Below are positions 1 to 7,420 of a stretch of 24,857 nt of DNA, in pieces. This DNA comes from a virus (lineage: Duplodnaviria > Caudoviricetes). Both the position numbers and the translations under genes were made by a program. The stretch lies in the IMG/VR virus record IMGVR_UViG_3300028587_000039, positions 1-24,857 of that record; one strand, given 5' to 3'. The stretch's first letter is position 1; each line of letters starts with the position of its first letter. The notes under the pieces were generated by a model. That model did no database searches. It saw nothing but the letters and a program-made list of their open reading frames with translations, and was not told the origin of the DNA.

Positions 1-68
1 GGTTTTCTGGTGGATGGGCCCGTCATCGCTCGATTGACAGACTAAACCAGATGGACCAACCGTGTGCC

Positions 69-103
69 TTGGGACGGCCCGGCGGCTCTGATAGACTTAC
101 TGC
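69..103 (+). promoter_or_regulatory. sigma70/SigA-type promoter, leaderless
   Basis: TTGGGA(69-74)-17 nt-TAGACT(92-97) with TG extension (89-90); ATG at 104 lies 6 nt after the -10; no Shine-Dalgarno. Confidence 0.75.
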
Positions 104-520
104 ATGACGACGAACGCGAACCTCCGCCCCGGCACCCTGATCGAATACAAGTCCGCCCACTCGGTCGAGAAGGCCTGGGTGCTCGAGCAGCTCGGGCGGG
201 GCTTGACTGACGCCACGATCGCCATCCGCGTCAAGGGCGAAACCGGGATCAACACCGACCAGGAATTCACCATCTACGTGAAGCCGAAGGGCCGAGCCAA
301 GGTGCTCGAGACCCCGGCCGACGCCGAAGAGGCCGTGACCGCCGCTGCTGATGCCATGCCGGCTGGCCCCTTCTCCGGTCGTGCGTTGCTGAACGATCTG
401 CAGTCCAAGGCCGACGCCAAGCCGCGCGTTGCCGGCTCGCACGCCGAGTGCAGCCACGAGAGCTCGAAGTCCGCGCGTGCAGCTTGCCGGAAGGCCCGTG
501 CTGCGGCCGACACCAACTGA
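104..520 (+). CDS. hypothetical protein with C-terminal H-x2-C-x-H-x9-C motif
   Basis: 138 aa, strong GC3 bias, own promoter; ends SHAECSHESSKSARAACRKAR, a motif shared with 1104..1415. Confidence 0.85.
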   Translation: MTTNANLRPGTLIEYKSAHSVEKAWVLEQLGRGLTDATIAIRVKGETGINTDQEFTIYVKPKGRAKVLETPADAEEAVTAAADAMPAGPFSGRALLNDLQSKADAKPRVAGSHAECSHESSKSARAACRKARAAADTN

Positions 521-542
521 CCGATCGGACTAGCCGTTCTCC

Positions 543-578
543 TTGACCGGGGGGGCGGCTCTCCGGTAGAGTCATCTC
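543..578 (+). promoter_or_regulatory. sigma70/SigA-type promoter, leaderless
   Basis: TTGACC(543-548)-18 nt-TAGAGT(567-572)-6 nt-ATG(579). Confidence 0.75.
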
Positions 579-833
579 ATGACGACGAACAACCGCACTG
601 AAATTGCCCGCCACCTCACCGACGGCCAGCGATGGGGTGTCGCGATCTTCCGCAACGCGAACGACCGCTACGAGGTCGCCACCCTCAACTCGTCCGCCTC
701 CGGTGTCCGCAACGAGTTGACATCCCTCGCGCTCAGCTGGCACGCCACTGAGGCTGCCGCTCGAGCTGCGGCCAACGTCGAGGTTGCCCACCAGCGGGCA
801 CATCTGCGCGAGCGGGGCCTACCGGTTTACTGA
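579..833 (+). CDS. hypothetical protein
   Basis: 84 aa; own promoter and downstream hairpin; starts with the same ATGACGACGAAC as 104 and 1786. Confidence 0.8.
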   Translation: MTTNNRTEIARHLTDGQRWGVAIFRNANDRYEVATLNSSASGVRNELTSLALSWHATEAAARAAANVEVAHQRAHLRERGLPVY

Positions 834-837
834 TTCC

Positions 838-882
838 CTCGACCAACGCCCCTCGCCCATCCGGGTGGGGGGCATCGTCGAG
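838..882 (+). terminator. GC-rich stem-loop, probable terminator
   Basis: GCCCCTCGCCC-ATCC-GGGTGGGGGGC with outer CTCGAC/GTCGAG, just after the stop at 833; no U-tract. Confidence 0.6.
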
Positions 883-907
883 TGTGCGGCGTCGTCATGG
901 ATGCGCC

Positions 908-1011
908 GTACTGGACGCTGAGAGCGCCGCTGAGCGCCCAGTCACGCGACGTGAGGGATTCACTCGGGGGGCGGTACTGTAGGGCGTCAGGGGCGATCTG
1001 AGCGCCAGTGC
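908..1011. repeat. long imperfect inverted repeat (candidate single-strand origin/primase site)
   Basis: 910-939 pairs with 982-1009: 25 Watson-Crick pairs interrupted by G.G/G.A mismatches and single bulges; non-coding. Confidence 0.6.
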
Positions 1012-1103
1012 CACTCACACGATCGTTGTATCGGGTATGCCTGTTTCTCCGTGAGCGGCAGGGATTAATATTGCCCGCATCGATTCAACCGAGAGGCGTC
1101 CCC

Positions 1104-1415
1104 GTGACTAGCTCGCTCGCTCCCATCCGACACCCACACACGGGCTGCACTCATCCCAACACCAAGGTAGCTCGGGCCGCGTGCAGACGTGCTCGAGCCC
1201 GGGAATGGGAAACCATCACTCGGGGCCAGCTGAACGGCCGAGTGGGCTTCGACGTCAGGGTCCACACGCCGGACGGCGTTATCGAGGGCACTCTGCTCGG
1301 CTGGGGCCAGCGAGCTCTCGCCGTGCGCGACGACAACCAGATCCGCGTCCGCGTGAATAGCCCGCAGATCGTCCAAGTGGAGATCAAGCGGGAAATGGAC
1401 GTGGAGGACCTCTAG
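1104..1415 (+). CDS. hypothetical protein: H-x2-C-x-H-x9-C motif plus Sm/SH3-like beta-barrel
   Basis: GTG at 1104 with GAGAGG at 1091-1096; HTGCTHPNTKVARAACRRAR, then VGFDVRVHTPDGVIEGTLLGWGQRALAVRDDNQIRVRVNSPQIVQVEI. Confidence 0.8.
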   Translation: MTSSLAPIRHPHTGCTHPNTKVARAACRRARAREWETITRGQLNGRVGFDVRVHTPDGVIEGTLLGWGQRALAVRDDNQIRVRVNSPQIVQVEIKREMDVEDL

Positions 1416-1439
1416 ATCTCCCTCCGTCCCTGGGAGGCT

Positions 1440-1494
1440 CACCGCCCCGGCGCTAGGACTAGATCCCCTCCGGTCCTTATGCGTCGGGGCGGTG
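1440..1494. terminator. probable bidirectional terminator
   Basis: CACCGCCCCGGCGC / GCGTCGGGGCGGTG stem with inner AGGACT/GGTCCT, between convergent genes ending at 1415 (+) and 1503 (-). Confidence 0.65.
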
Positions 1495-1502
1495 TGGTGG
1501 AT

Positions 1503-1679
1503 TCAGGCGGCCAGCTCGCCCAGCCGAGCGATGATCAGGGCCTGGTCCATGTCCGCCTCGTGCGAGATCACGAGCGCGGATGCCTCGTGGCCCTCGGCAG
1601 CCAGGGCCTCAGATTCGGCGCGGCTGGCGGTCATCGAGCGGAAGAGATCGGTGATAGAGGGGCGGTTCGTCATCGGCAT
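1503..1679 (-). CDS. small acidic helical hypothetical protein (not in ORF track)
   Basis: 58 aa MPMTNRPSITDLFRSMTASRAESEALAAEGHEASALVISHEADMDQALIIARLGELAA; own leaderless promoter and downstream hairpin. Confidence 0.75.
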   Translation of the reverse strand: MPMTNRPSITDLFRSMTASRAESEALAAEGHEASALVISHEADMDQALIIARLGELAA

Positions 1680-1714
1680 GGGTGAACTCTATCGGACAAC
1701 GTGGTCTGCGGCAA
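1680..1714 (-). promoter_or_regulatory. sigma70/SigA-type promoter, leaderless
   Basis: Minus strand TTGCCG(1714-1709)-17 nt-TAGAGT(1691-1686)-6 nt-ATG(1679). Confidence 0.75.
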
Positions 1715-1750
1715 GCTGAGAAGTTAGTTCGTATGGTTGAGACGTTCGCC

Positions 1751-1785
1751 TTGGGTGTGGCGTGGCTGTCTGATAGACTCATGGC
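1751..1785 (+). promoter_or_regulatory. sigma70/SigA-type promoter, leaderless
   Basis: TTGGGT(1751-1756)-17 nt-TAGACT(1774-1779), TG extension, 6 nt to ATG(1786). Confidence 0.75.
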
Positions 1786-1989
1786 ATGACGACGAACGAA
1801 CCCGACAGTCGCCCCGACTACACGCGCGACAAGGCGATCCACATCGCTGTGATCGTGATCTGTTCCCTGCTCATCGTGGGGGCGATCGTCCATCCCACGA
1901 TCCGCGCGTCCATCTTCTGGGGCCTGCACGTGATCGCTTTCAACTTCTACATCATGTGGACGGGGCTGATCGACGCACTGACGTTCTGA
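1786..1989 (+). CDS. small membrane protein (two hydrophobic segments)
   Basis: 67 aa; AIHIAVIVICSLLIVGAIV and IFWGLHVIAFNFYIMWTGLI. Confidence 0.8.
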   Translation: MTTNEPDSRPDYTRDKAIHIAVIVICSLLIVGAIVHPTIRASIFWGLHVIAFNFYIMWTGLIDALTF

Positions 1990-2040
1990 CCGCTTGACGG
2001 GAGGCTGTCCTTGGGATGGCCATCTGCGTCCGCGCGCCTG

Positions 2041-2084
2041 ATCAGAATAGCCCTCTTCCCATTCCGGGGAGGGGGCATTCTGGT
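2041..2084. terminator. probable terminator between convergent genes
   Basis: ATCAGAAT-a-GCCCTCTTCCC-ATTCC-GGGGAGGGGGC-ATTCTGGT; resembles the 848-873 hairpin. Confidence 0.65.
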
Positions 2085-2087
2085 GGA

Positions 2088-4403
2088 CTAAATGTCCACG
2101 TCGATGTATTCTCCGATATTGTCACCGGACGGCGTGGGCGCATCTGGGTCAGAGAAGTCAAAGCTCATATTCCCGATCTTTTCTTTCATTTCCTCGTCCG
2201 GATCCGGCAAAGGCTTTCCAGTGGGTGTAATGAGAGTGGGTCCGCCACGACCCTTGGCAATTTCCCGCTTGATACAGCCGAGCTGTTCCAGTTGGTCAAG
2301 AGCTCGTCTTGTGGCTGCACTCGGTTGCGGCTTTGCTTTCAGCCCGCATTCTTCGAGCAATACGGTTTGCTTGACCCCGCCTGGGTGGTTCTCGAGCTCA
2401 GCCATAATCTTCTGCATAATGCCAAAAGCAGGGTCATTTCTCCAGTCCTTCTTACGAAGAACTTCCTCTTCGCCTTGCGGGCCCATGGCGTAATGCATGG
2501 GCGACATCAGATCACTGCGGTCTTCTACGTGAACGTTCATGGCGAAGTGGTATTCGAGATCCGCCACTTCATCGCCGCGCAAGAACCACTTGGTAATGGT
2601 CTCAGATTCTCCGGTGTCGTGATTGACCACCTTCTTGGTAAGCACCTGAATGGCGATAAGAAAGCGGCCCCACTCATTGATCCCCACACCCGACGTACGG
2701 AGGTGTGGAGCCTCTTCATTCTTCGTATCCGCTGCTGCTTTCTTAGTGTGATGGCTGATCACGAGGGAAGCGCCGACTCGCTGAGCAATGTGCTGCGCCT
2801 TCTCGAGCAGTGAGCCCATATCCACCAGAGACGCTGTATTCGCGCCTGACGCGGCAAGATAAAGCGGGTCGATGATAACGAGAATGGGCCGCAGCTCAGC
2901 GACTTTATGGCGCAGCTCTTCTAGCACTGCCTCGTCCAGAAGCTTCGGTGCTCGTTCTGAAATGTCAATGGGCAGCCCGAGTAGCTGATGGTCCGGAATG
3001 CCCTTATGCCGGGCGATAGCTCGGACACGGCGTACGATCTTACGCTTTCCGCCCTCGCCGACGAAGATAAGAACAGGACCTGGTTCTGAGACGTCGAACT
3101 GATCCACCCATTGCATGCCGGCGGCAACAGACAATGCTAGGTCCATCATGATGAACGTCTTTCCGGCTTTGCTGTCTGCCGAGATAACGCCGTAGTCTCC
3201 GCGCGGAATGACCTGGTCCACGAGATAAACGGGCGGTGGCATGGCGTCGACTTCGGCGATCAGATCACCCAGGCGGTAGAATGTCTGCTTGGGCTCGTCC
3301 TCGACTACGTCCGATTCATCGATCTGGAGGTCCTCTTCATCCACGGGCGTCGTGCGGGTGAATGACGTCGGCGGTGGTGTGGCGGATGCCTCTCGCTTTC
3401 CGGCTTTGTCCCAGATACGCCCGATGTCCTCGAGCAGCCGACTCTCATCGTCGGCGAACTTGTAGAGGTCGTCCGGCAATTGCTGCATGAATGCGAAGGT
3501 CTCTTCCGGCCGGAGCCGGTTCTCCTTGCACATCTTGATAATGCGGAAGTTAGCCTCGGACAGGTCTTCGCCCTGGCCATTCCTAGCCTCACGGTTAAGG
3601 CGCTGCAGAAGGCGAACGCCGATTCGCTTTAGGTTGGCTCGGCTGGGATCAACCTCGACTGCGCCGGCGAATGGCGGGACGTTCTTCATGAATGATGCAA
3701 GACCGAGGCGGTCGATGACCTCGTCTTCGCCGCTCAAGGGGCGCGGCCTGCCCTTGTCCATAGGGATTAGCCGGACCTTAGAGGGCTGGTCAGGGTCCTT
3801 GAAGTTCCATGTACCGGGCAGGGTGAGCAGGTCGTTAGGGCGGATCTTATCGTCCGCACCGAACTTGTCCCGGAGTGCGTAGCTCAAGCGCCAATGCGTC
3901 TCTAGGTCAAGACCCTGAACGGGGATGTAAGCGTGCAGATTGCCCTTACGCCCTGACTCTACGAGGATCGCTCTGCATCGCTTCAGGGCTGCGTACAGCG
4001 TCTGCGGGAGCCCTTCCTGGCCCTCGGGTGCGTCGTAATCGAGGTGGAGCACGGAGACGTGCGCAACGTCCTTAAGCCGGCGCGTGTCCGGGCGAGCGAA
4101 TAGGGCGGGTGAGATCATGACTTTGACCTCATCTACGCGCATACGCTCCTCTACGACGTCGAGCAGCTGGTCTTTCTGGTGGGACGGAAATGCTGCGTCT
4201 GCCCAGCCGTAGCGGTTGTCAGGCTTACAGTGACGCGGAACGTAGTAGTCATTGAACCGACGATCTGCTCGCCGACCGACTGCTTCCTCCGGCACTTTGA
4301 AAGACACCGCGATGAATCCGCTCTTCCCATTGTCTGGGAACATGAGGTCGAGGAACTGACGCGCCATCCGGCGGTCAAGAACGTCCTCTGTGGCGACAGT
4401 CAT
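2088..4403 (-). CDS. DNA primase/helicase (RepB'-like AEP primase + AAA_25/SF4-type helicase, probable C-terminal winged helix)
   Basis: 771 aa; primase motifs LHLDYD, LVESGRKGNLHAY, LLTLPGTWNFK; Walker A SADSKAGKT, Walker B LVIIDPL, ISHHTKK; AAGGAG upstream of the ATG. Confidence 0.88.
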   Translation of the reverse strand: MTVATEDVLDRRMARQFLDLMFPDNGKSGFIAVSFKVPEEAVGRRADRRFNDYYVPRHCKPDNRYGWADAAFPSHQKDQLLDVVEERMRVDEVKVMISPALFARPDTRRLKDVAHVSVLHLDYDAPEGQEGLPQTLYAALKRCRAILVESGRKGNLHAYIPVQGLDLETHWRLSYALRDKFGADDKIRPNDLLTLPGTWNFKDPDQPSKVRLIPMDKGRPRPLSGEDEVIDRLGLASFMKNVPPFAGAVEVDPSRANLKRIGVRLLQRLNREARNGQGEDLSEANFRIIKMCKENRLRPEETFAFMQQLPDDLYKFADDESRLLEDIGRIWDKAGKREASATPPPTSFTRTTPVDEEDLQIDESDVVEDEPKQTFYRLGDLIAEVDAMPPPVYLVDQVIPRGDYGVISADSKAGKTFIMMDLALSVAAGMQWVDQFDVSEPGPVLIFVGEGGKRKIVRRVRAIARHKGIPDHQLLGLPIDISERAPKLLDEAVLEELRHKVAELRPILVIIDPLYLAASGANTASLVDMGSLLEKAQHIAQRVGASLVISHHTKKAAADTKNEEAPHLRTSGVGINEWGRFLIAIQVLTKKVVNHDTGESETITKWFLRGDEVADLEYHFAMNVHVEDRSDLMSPMHYAMGPQGEEEVLRKKDWRNDPAFGIMQKIMAELENHPGGVKQTVLLEECGLKAKPQPSAATRRALDQLEQLGCIKREIAKGRGGPTLITPTGKPLPDPDEEMKEKIGNMSFDFSDPDAPTPSGDNIGEYIDVDI

Positions 4404-4487
4404 TGCGCTCCTTGAGCATGCGGGGTATGCGGTTCTCAGGTGTGAATGATGCGTGTCTTGATTACAGCCTGTGGCATGTGTTGGACG

Positions 4488-4496
4488 ATCATATCA
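4488..4496 (-). promoter_or_regulatory. extended -10 element, candidate primase/helicase promoter
   Basis: Minus strand TGaTATGAT about 85 nt upstream of the ATG at 4403; no clear -35. Confidence 0.4.
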
Positions 4497-4622
4497 GGTG
4501 ACGTCTGCAGAGGGATTTGTTGGGGTTTGTCGACGATTTGTCGTCGCTGAGAATAACGCCCTGGTGGGACTGGAAGCAGGACTAAGACGAGCATCATTTG
4601 GTTTTGCCCCCTCAGTCGTGCA

Positions 4623-4689
4623 TGTGTATTTGTTTATTTGTTAGCGTGTGTACGTAGTACACGCTGACAAAATAATAAATGAACACACA
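4623..4689. repeat. AT-rich imperfect palindrome, candidate replication origin
   Basis: TTATTTGTTAGCGTGT...ACACGCTGACAAAATAA with AT-rich flanks, in the non-coding gap between divergent transcription units next to the primase/helicase. Confidence 0.55.
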
Positions 4690-4761
4690 ACGGCGTCGTC
4701 TAATCTAATAAAGTCTTCTGGCCGTCTGATATGAACCACGAGCAGTTGGGGGAATGATCTG

Positions 4762-4965
4762 ATGGTTGATATGATTCCAGAGTTGCCGAAGGGAAGGCGG
4801 AGCATGACGCTGATTGGTCTGGCGATGGTCATATGGCGGATGAGAACCTGGGGTCCGATCGATCCAACAGAGCCAGCAGTGACGCTAAGGACTTGGCTGT
4901 TTACGACGCCAAAGTTAGACCGCAGAATCGACGAGTGGCTAGGGGAAGACGAGAGGGGACGATGA
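4762..4965 (+). CDS. hypothetical protein
   Basis: 67 aa; GGGGGA upstream; stop abuts the next starts (ATGAATG). Confidence 0.55.
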   Translation: MVDMIPELPKGRRSMTLIGLAMVIWRMRTWGPIDPTEPAVTLRTWLFTTPKLDRRIDEWLGEDERGR

Positions 4966-5199
4966 ATGTCTGTCACGGGTGCGGGGGACCGGCCGTCGGA
5001 GAAGTCTGCGGAGCCTGTCAGCTCGCCGAGAATAACCGCTGAGCAGATGGACGAGGCGGCTAAGTTCGTGATGAAGCTCCGAGGAGATGCGGTCTGGGAC
5101 TGTACTTCTGAGGTGCTCAGGGAGCGTCAGCGAGACAAGGTGAGGCACATTCTCTTGCTCTGTGGCGTTGACCCGTCGGCATGGGCGGTGAAGAAGTAG
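4966..5199 (+). CDS. hypothetical protein
   Basis: 77 aa; GAGGGG upstream; start uncertain (4966 or 5047). Confidence 0.6.
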   Translation: MSVTGAGDRPSEKSAEPVSSPRITAEQMDEAAKFVMKLRGDAVWDCTSEVLRERQRDKVRHILLLCGVDPSAWAVKK

Positions 5200-5230
5200 T
5201 GGATAAGCAGGCCGAGGGGACTGAGGGCTG

Positions 5231-5701
5231 ATGGACGGCAGGATTCTGCCGGAGCCGTTTCAGACTGCTTATGAGCAGCTCTGGGCGAGGACTTACTCGG
5301 ATGGCGGCGTCGGTGCGGGTGTGGGGAGCCATCCGCTGGACGGCGCTCGTGGTGTGGTAGGAAAGGCCGACGGGAAGGTTGAGAATGCCGGATGGAGGGT
5401 GAACTCTGGTCAGGCTGACGCTGTGGGACAGATTTCGGGGCCTAAGCAGAAGACGGTGGGCAAGACTGCTAGGACTTTGAGGGACGAGAGGGCTTTCCAG
5501 TTCAAGCAGAAGGTGGATAAGGAACTGCGGAGAATAGCCGCCAAGATTAGGAGGTGGGAGGAGAATGGCGGAAGGGAGGTTGGGACAGAACATGCAGGTC
5601 AGAGAGTGTGTGCCGGGCGCTGTAAGAGGTTCGGGGATGTAGAATGGTCCTACTGTTGTTGGTGCGGTGGACCGATGCGAGAGGTTGAGAAGAACGAGTA
5701 A
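5231..5701 (+). CDS. hypothetical protein with C-terminal zinc ribbon
   Basis: 156 aa; ends CAGRC-x10-CCWCGGPM; basic helical segment before it. Confidence 0.75.
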   Translation: MDGRILPEPFQTAYEQLWARTYSDGGVGAGVGSHPLDGARGVVGKADGKVENAGWRVNSGQADAVGQISGPKQKTVGKTARTLRDERAFQFKQKVDKELRRIAAKIRRWEENGGREVGTEHAGQRVCAGRCKRFGDVEWSYCCWCGGPMREVEKNE

Positions 5702-5841
5702 GTCTTAGTACGGACGGATGTCTGTCTGATTATGAACTGGAGAAGCTGGAATTCTTGAGGGCTGCTCTGAACAATAGGGAGAGCCAGTCCGAGTCGTCCA
5801 CCCGGAGTCCTGGTACGTGGGACCCAGAATGAGAGGACAAG

Positions 5842-6210
5842 ATGGATCCGCTACGTCTTAACCTGACGGAAGACTGCAATGTCTGCAAAAAGTCCGTGGC
5901 CCGCTGGAGCTTATTGGTCCAGTTCAACTTTCCGCGCGGGTCCAGTCGAGAGAATGTTCTGTTCTGCCCGGTCTGCGACAGAATGACCCCAGAAGACCTC
6001 GAGGTCTCGGATATGCGGACCATTACCTTGCCAGCTCCAACCTCTCAGGTAACCGGGCAGACGGCGCCTTATCAACTGACCTTCAATGGAGCCACAGAAT
6101 ACCGGACCTCTATGGGCCCAGAACGTCCATTCAAGCAGAGGGATTCTAAGACCATGCGCCGCAGGTACAAGATGGACGGAACTGAGTTTCTCCCGGAAGA
6201 GCCGGCCTAA
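5842..6210 (+). CDS. CxxC...CxxC zinc-binding hypothetical protein
   Basis: 122 aa; CNVC and CPVC; GAGAGGA RBS; TAATG coupling to the next gene. Confidence 0.75.
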   Translation: MDPLRLNLTEDCNVCKKSVARWSLLVQFNFPRGSSRENVLFCPVCDRMTPEDLEVSDMRTITLPAPTSQVTGQTAPYQLTFNGATEYRTSMGPERPFKQRDSKTMRRRYKMDGTEFLPEEPA

Positions 6211-6404
6211 TGCAGATGGTAGTTGGCTATGGGCTAAACTTCACTTGCCCCGCTTGCCAGAGAATTGTCCGCCGGGTGAGCCTCAGCCGTAATCTCTTTA
6301 TCTATGCCGTGCCCAAAGGCCACAAGGTTGGAAAGGATAACCGGATTACCTGCTTCTATGGCGAGAAGCCAGTCATCTGGCAGGTATTCTTTACCAAGGA
6401 CTAA
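6210..6404 (+). CDS. small Cys/His hypothetical protein
   Basis: 64 aa; CPAC...H...C; TAATG overlap. Confidence 0.65.
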   Translation: MQMVVGYGLNFTCPACQRIVRRVSLSRNLFIYAVPKGHKVGKDNRITCFYGEKPVIWQVFFTKD

Positions 6405-6451
6405 GGCATCCCCGGCTCCGCCGTGTCTGGATAACATTCCTCCCACCTAAG

Positions 6452-6486
6452 TTGCCCTAGATCAACCGGCTCGAATACGGTGCAGT
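6452..6486 (+). promoter_or_regulatory. sigma70-type promoter, leaderless
   Basis: TTGCCC(6452-6457)-18 nt-TACGGT(6476-6481)-5 nt-ATG(6487); same -10 and spacing as the promoter at 14052. Confidence 0.6.
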
Positions 6487-6663
6487 ATGTCAGTTACTGC
6501 CCGTTGCCGTGAACCCCGCTGCCTTTGCCAGAACCCCAAGAACAACCTCTGGCGAGCAGAAACGGCACGAGAGAAAGACGAGCCGCGTGCCCGAGAATGG
6601 ACCTTGCTCCCCTGGTACATCCGAAGAGACACCGTCCAGCCATGGGCCCGGAATACCGGATGA
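6487..6663 (+). CDS. small hypothetical protein (not in ORF track)
   Basis: 58 aa MSVTARCREPRCLCQNPKNNLWRAE...PWARNTG directly behind the promoter. Confidence 0.55.
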   Translation: MSVTARCREPRCLCQNPKNNLWRAETAREKDEPRAREWTLLPWYIRRDTVQPWARNTG

Positions 6664-6682
6664 GTTCTTAAAGGACTGCCCA

Positions 6683-7033
6683 TTGTCTGATGGCCCTATC
6701 TACGGCTGCGACCATTGCCGCAGGAATGGGACCTTTGACCCGTCTCGGTATGAGTTTAATCATCAACCATCGGCTACGCAGGCGCCGAACAAGTCCAGCA
6801 ATAGGTCCGCTGGCACACAGCCGGGAATGACCGACGCCGATGGTAAGTACATCCGGTACCCGGATGCGGACTTTCTCTCCGAACGGGAAGTCAGGACCAT
6901 TCTCGAGGGTTTGGGCATAAAGCCCGATGGTGATCCGGTCAATGAGGCATTCCTCCGCGGACGGTTCGGGCAGGGCAGACGGCACACTCAGTATGTCCGG
7001 GCAGAATTCCGGGAATGGCCGGGTGAGAAGTAA
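6683..7033 (+). CDS. hypothetical protein
   Basis: 3' part of ORF 6509..7033; TTG at 6683 has AAGGA 7 nt upstream; TAATG coupling to 7033. Start uncertain. Confidence 0.6.
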   Translation: MSDGPIYGCDHCRRNGTFDPSRYEFNHQPSATQAPNKSSNRSAGTQPGMTDADGKYIRYPDADFLSEREVRTILEGLGIKPDGDPVNEAFLRGRFGQGRRHTQYVRAEFREWPGEK

Positions 7034-7347
7034 TGCCGCCGCCAAAGGACCCCGACTCGTGGGCTCAATACCGCCGATGGATTCTTCTCGCCTGGTCTCG
7101 CGGAGAAGCCGTCACGGAGATGAAGATTCCCAACCGCCATCCGCTTAGGCAGGGTAAGTTCCTCGCCGTGGCCACCATCCAGAACTATGTCCAGGCTCTG
7201 TATGCGGACATGGACGTTCGGAATGCACCAGAGGCCGTAGCCCGCGGAATTCAGCTGGGGTACATTCCGTGCTGTGAGAGCGATTGCCATCGGCGCGTAG
7301 AAGACGCCTCAGACGTCCATGAACACGCTCAGAGGTGGGGCCACTAG
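7033..7347 (+). CDS. LuxR/GerE-like HTH DNA-binding protein
   Basis: WILLAWSRGEAVTEM...FLAVATIQNYVQALYADMDVRNAPEAVARGIQLGYI follows the LuxR C-terminal pattern. Confidence 0.7.
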   Translation: MPPPKDPDSWAQYRRWILLAWSRGEAVTEMKIPNRHPLRQGKFLAVATIQNYVQALYADMDVRNAPEAVARGIQLGYIPCCESDCHRRVEDASDVHEHAQRWGH

Positions 7348-7420
7348 TATGCCCTCGGGTGGGCGCACTCTCGACGCTTAGCGGCGATCTGGGACAGGGA
7401 AATGACGACAAGAAAACAGG

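Noticed and set aside
2016-2813. 265-aa plus-strand ORF
   Set aside because: Antisense to the helicase domain and crosses a terminator hairpin.
4581-5709. 8-nt inverted repeat ACTAAGAC / GTCTTAGT flanking the G-rich block
   Set aside because: Too short to exceed chance; no recombinase or transposase in the window.
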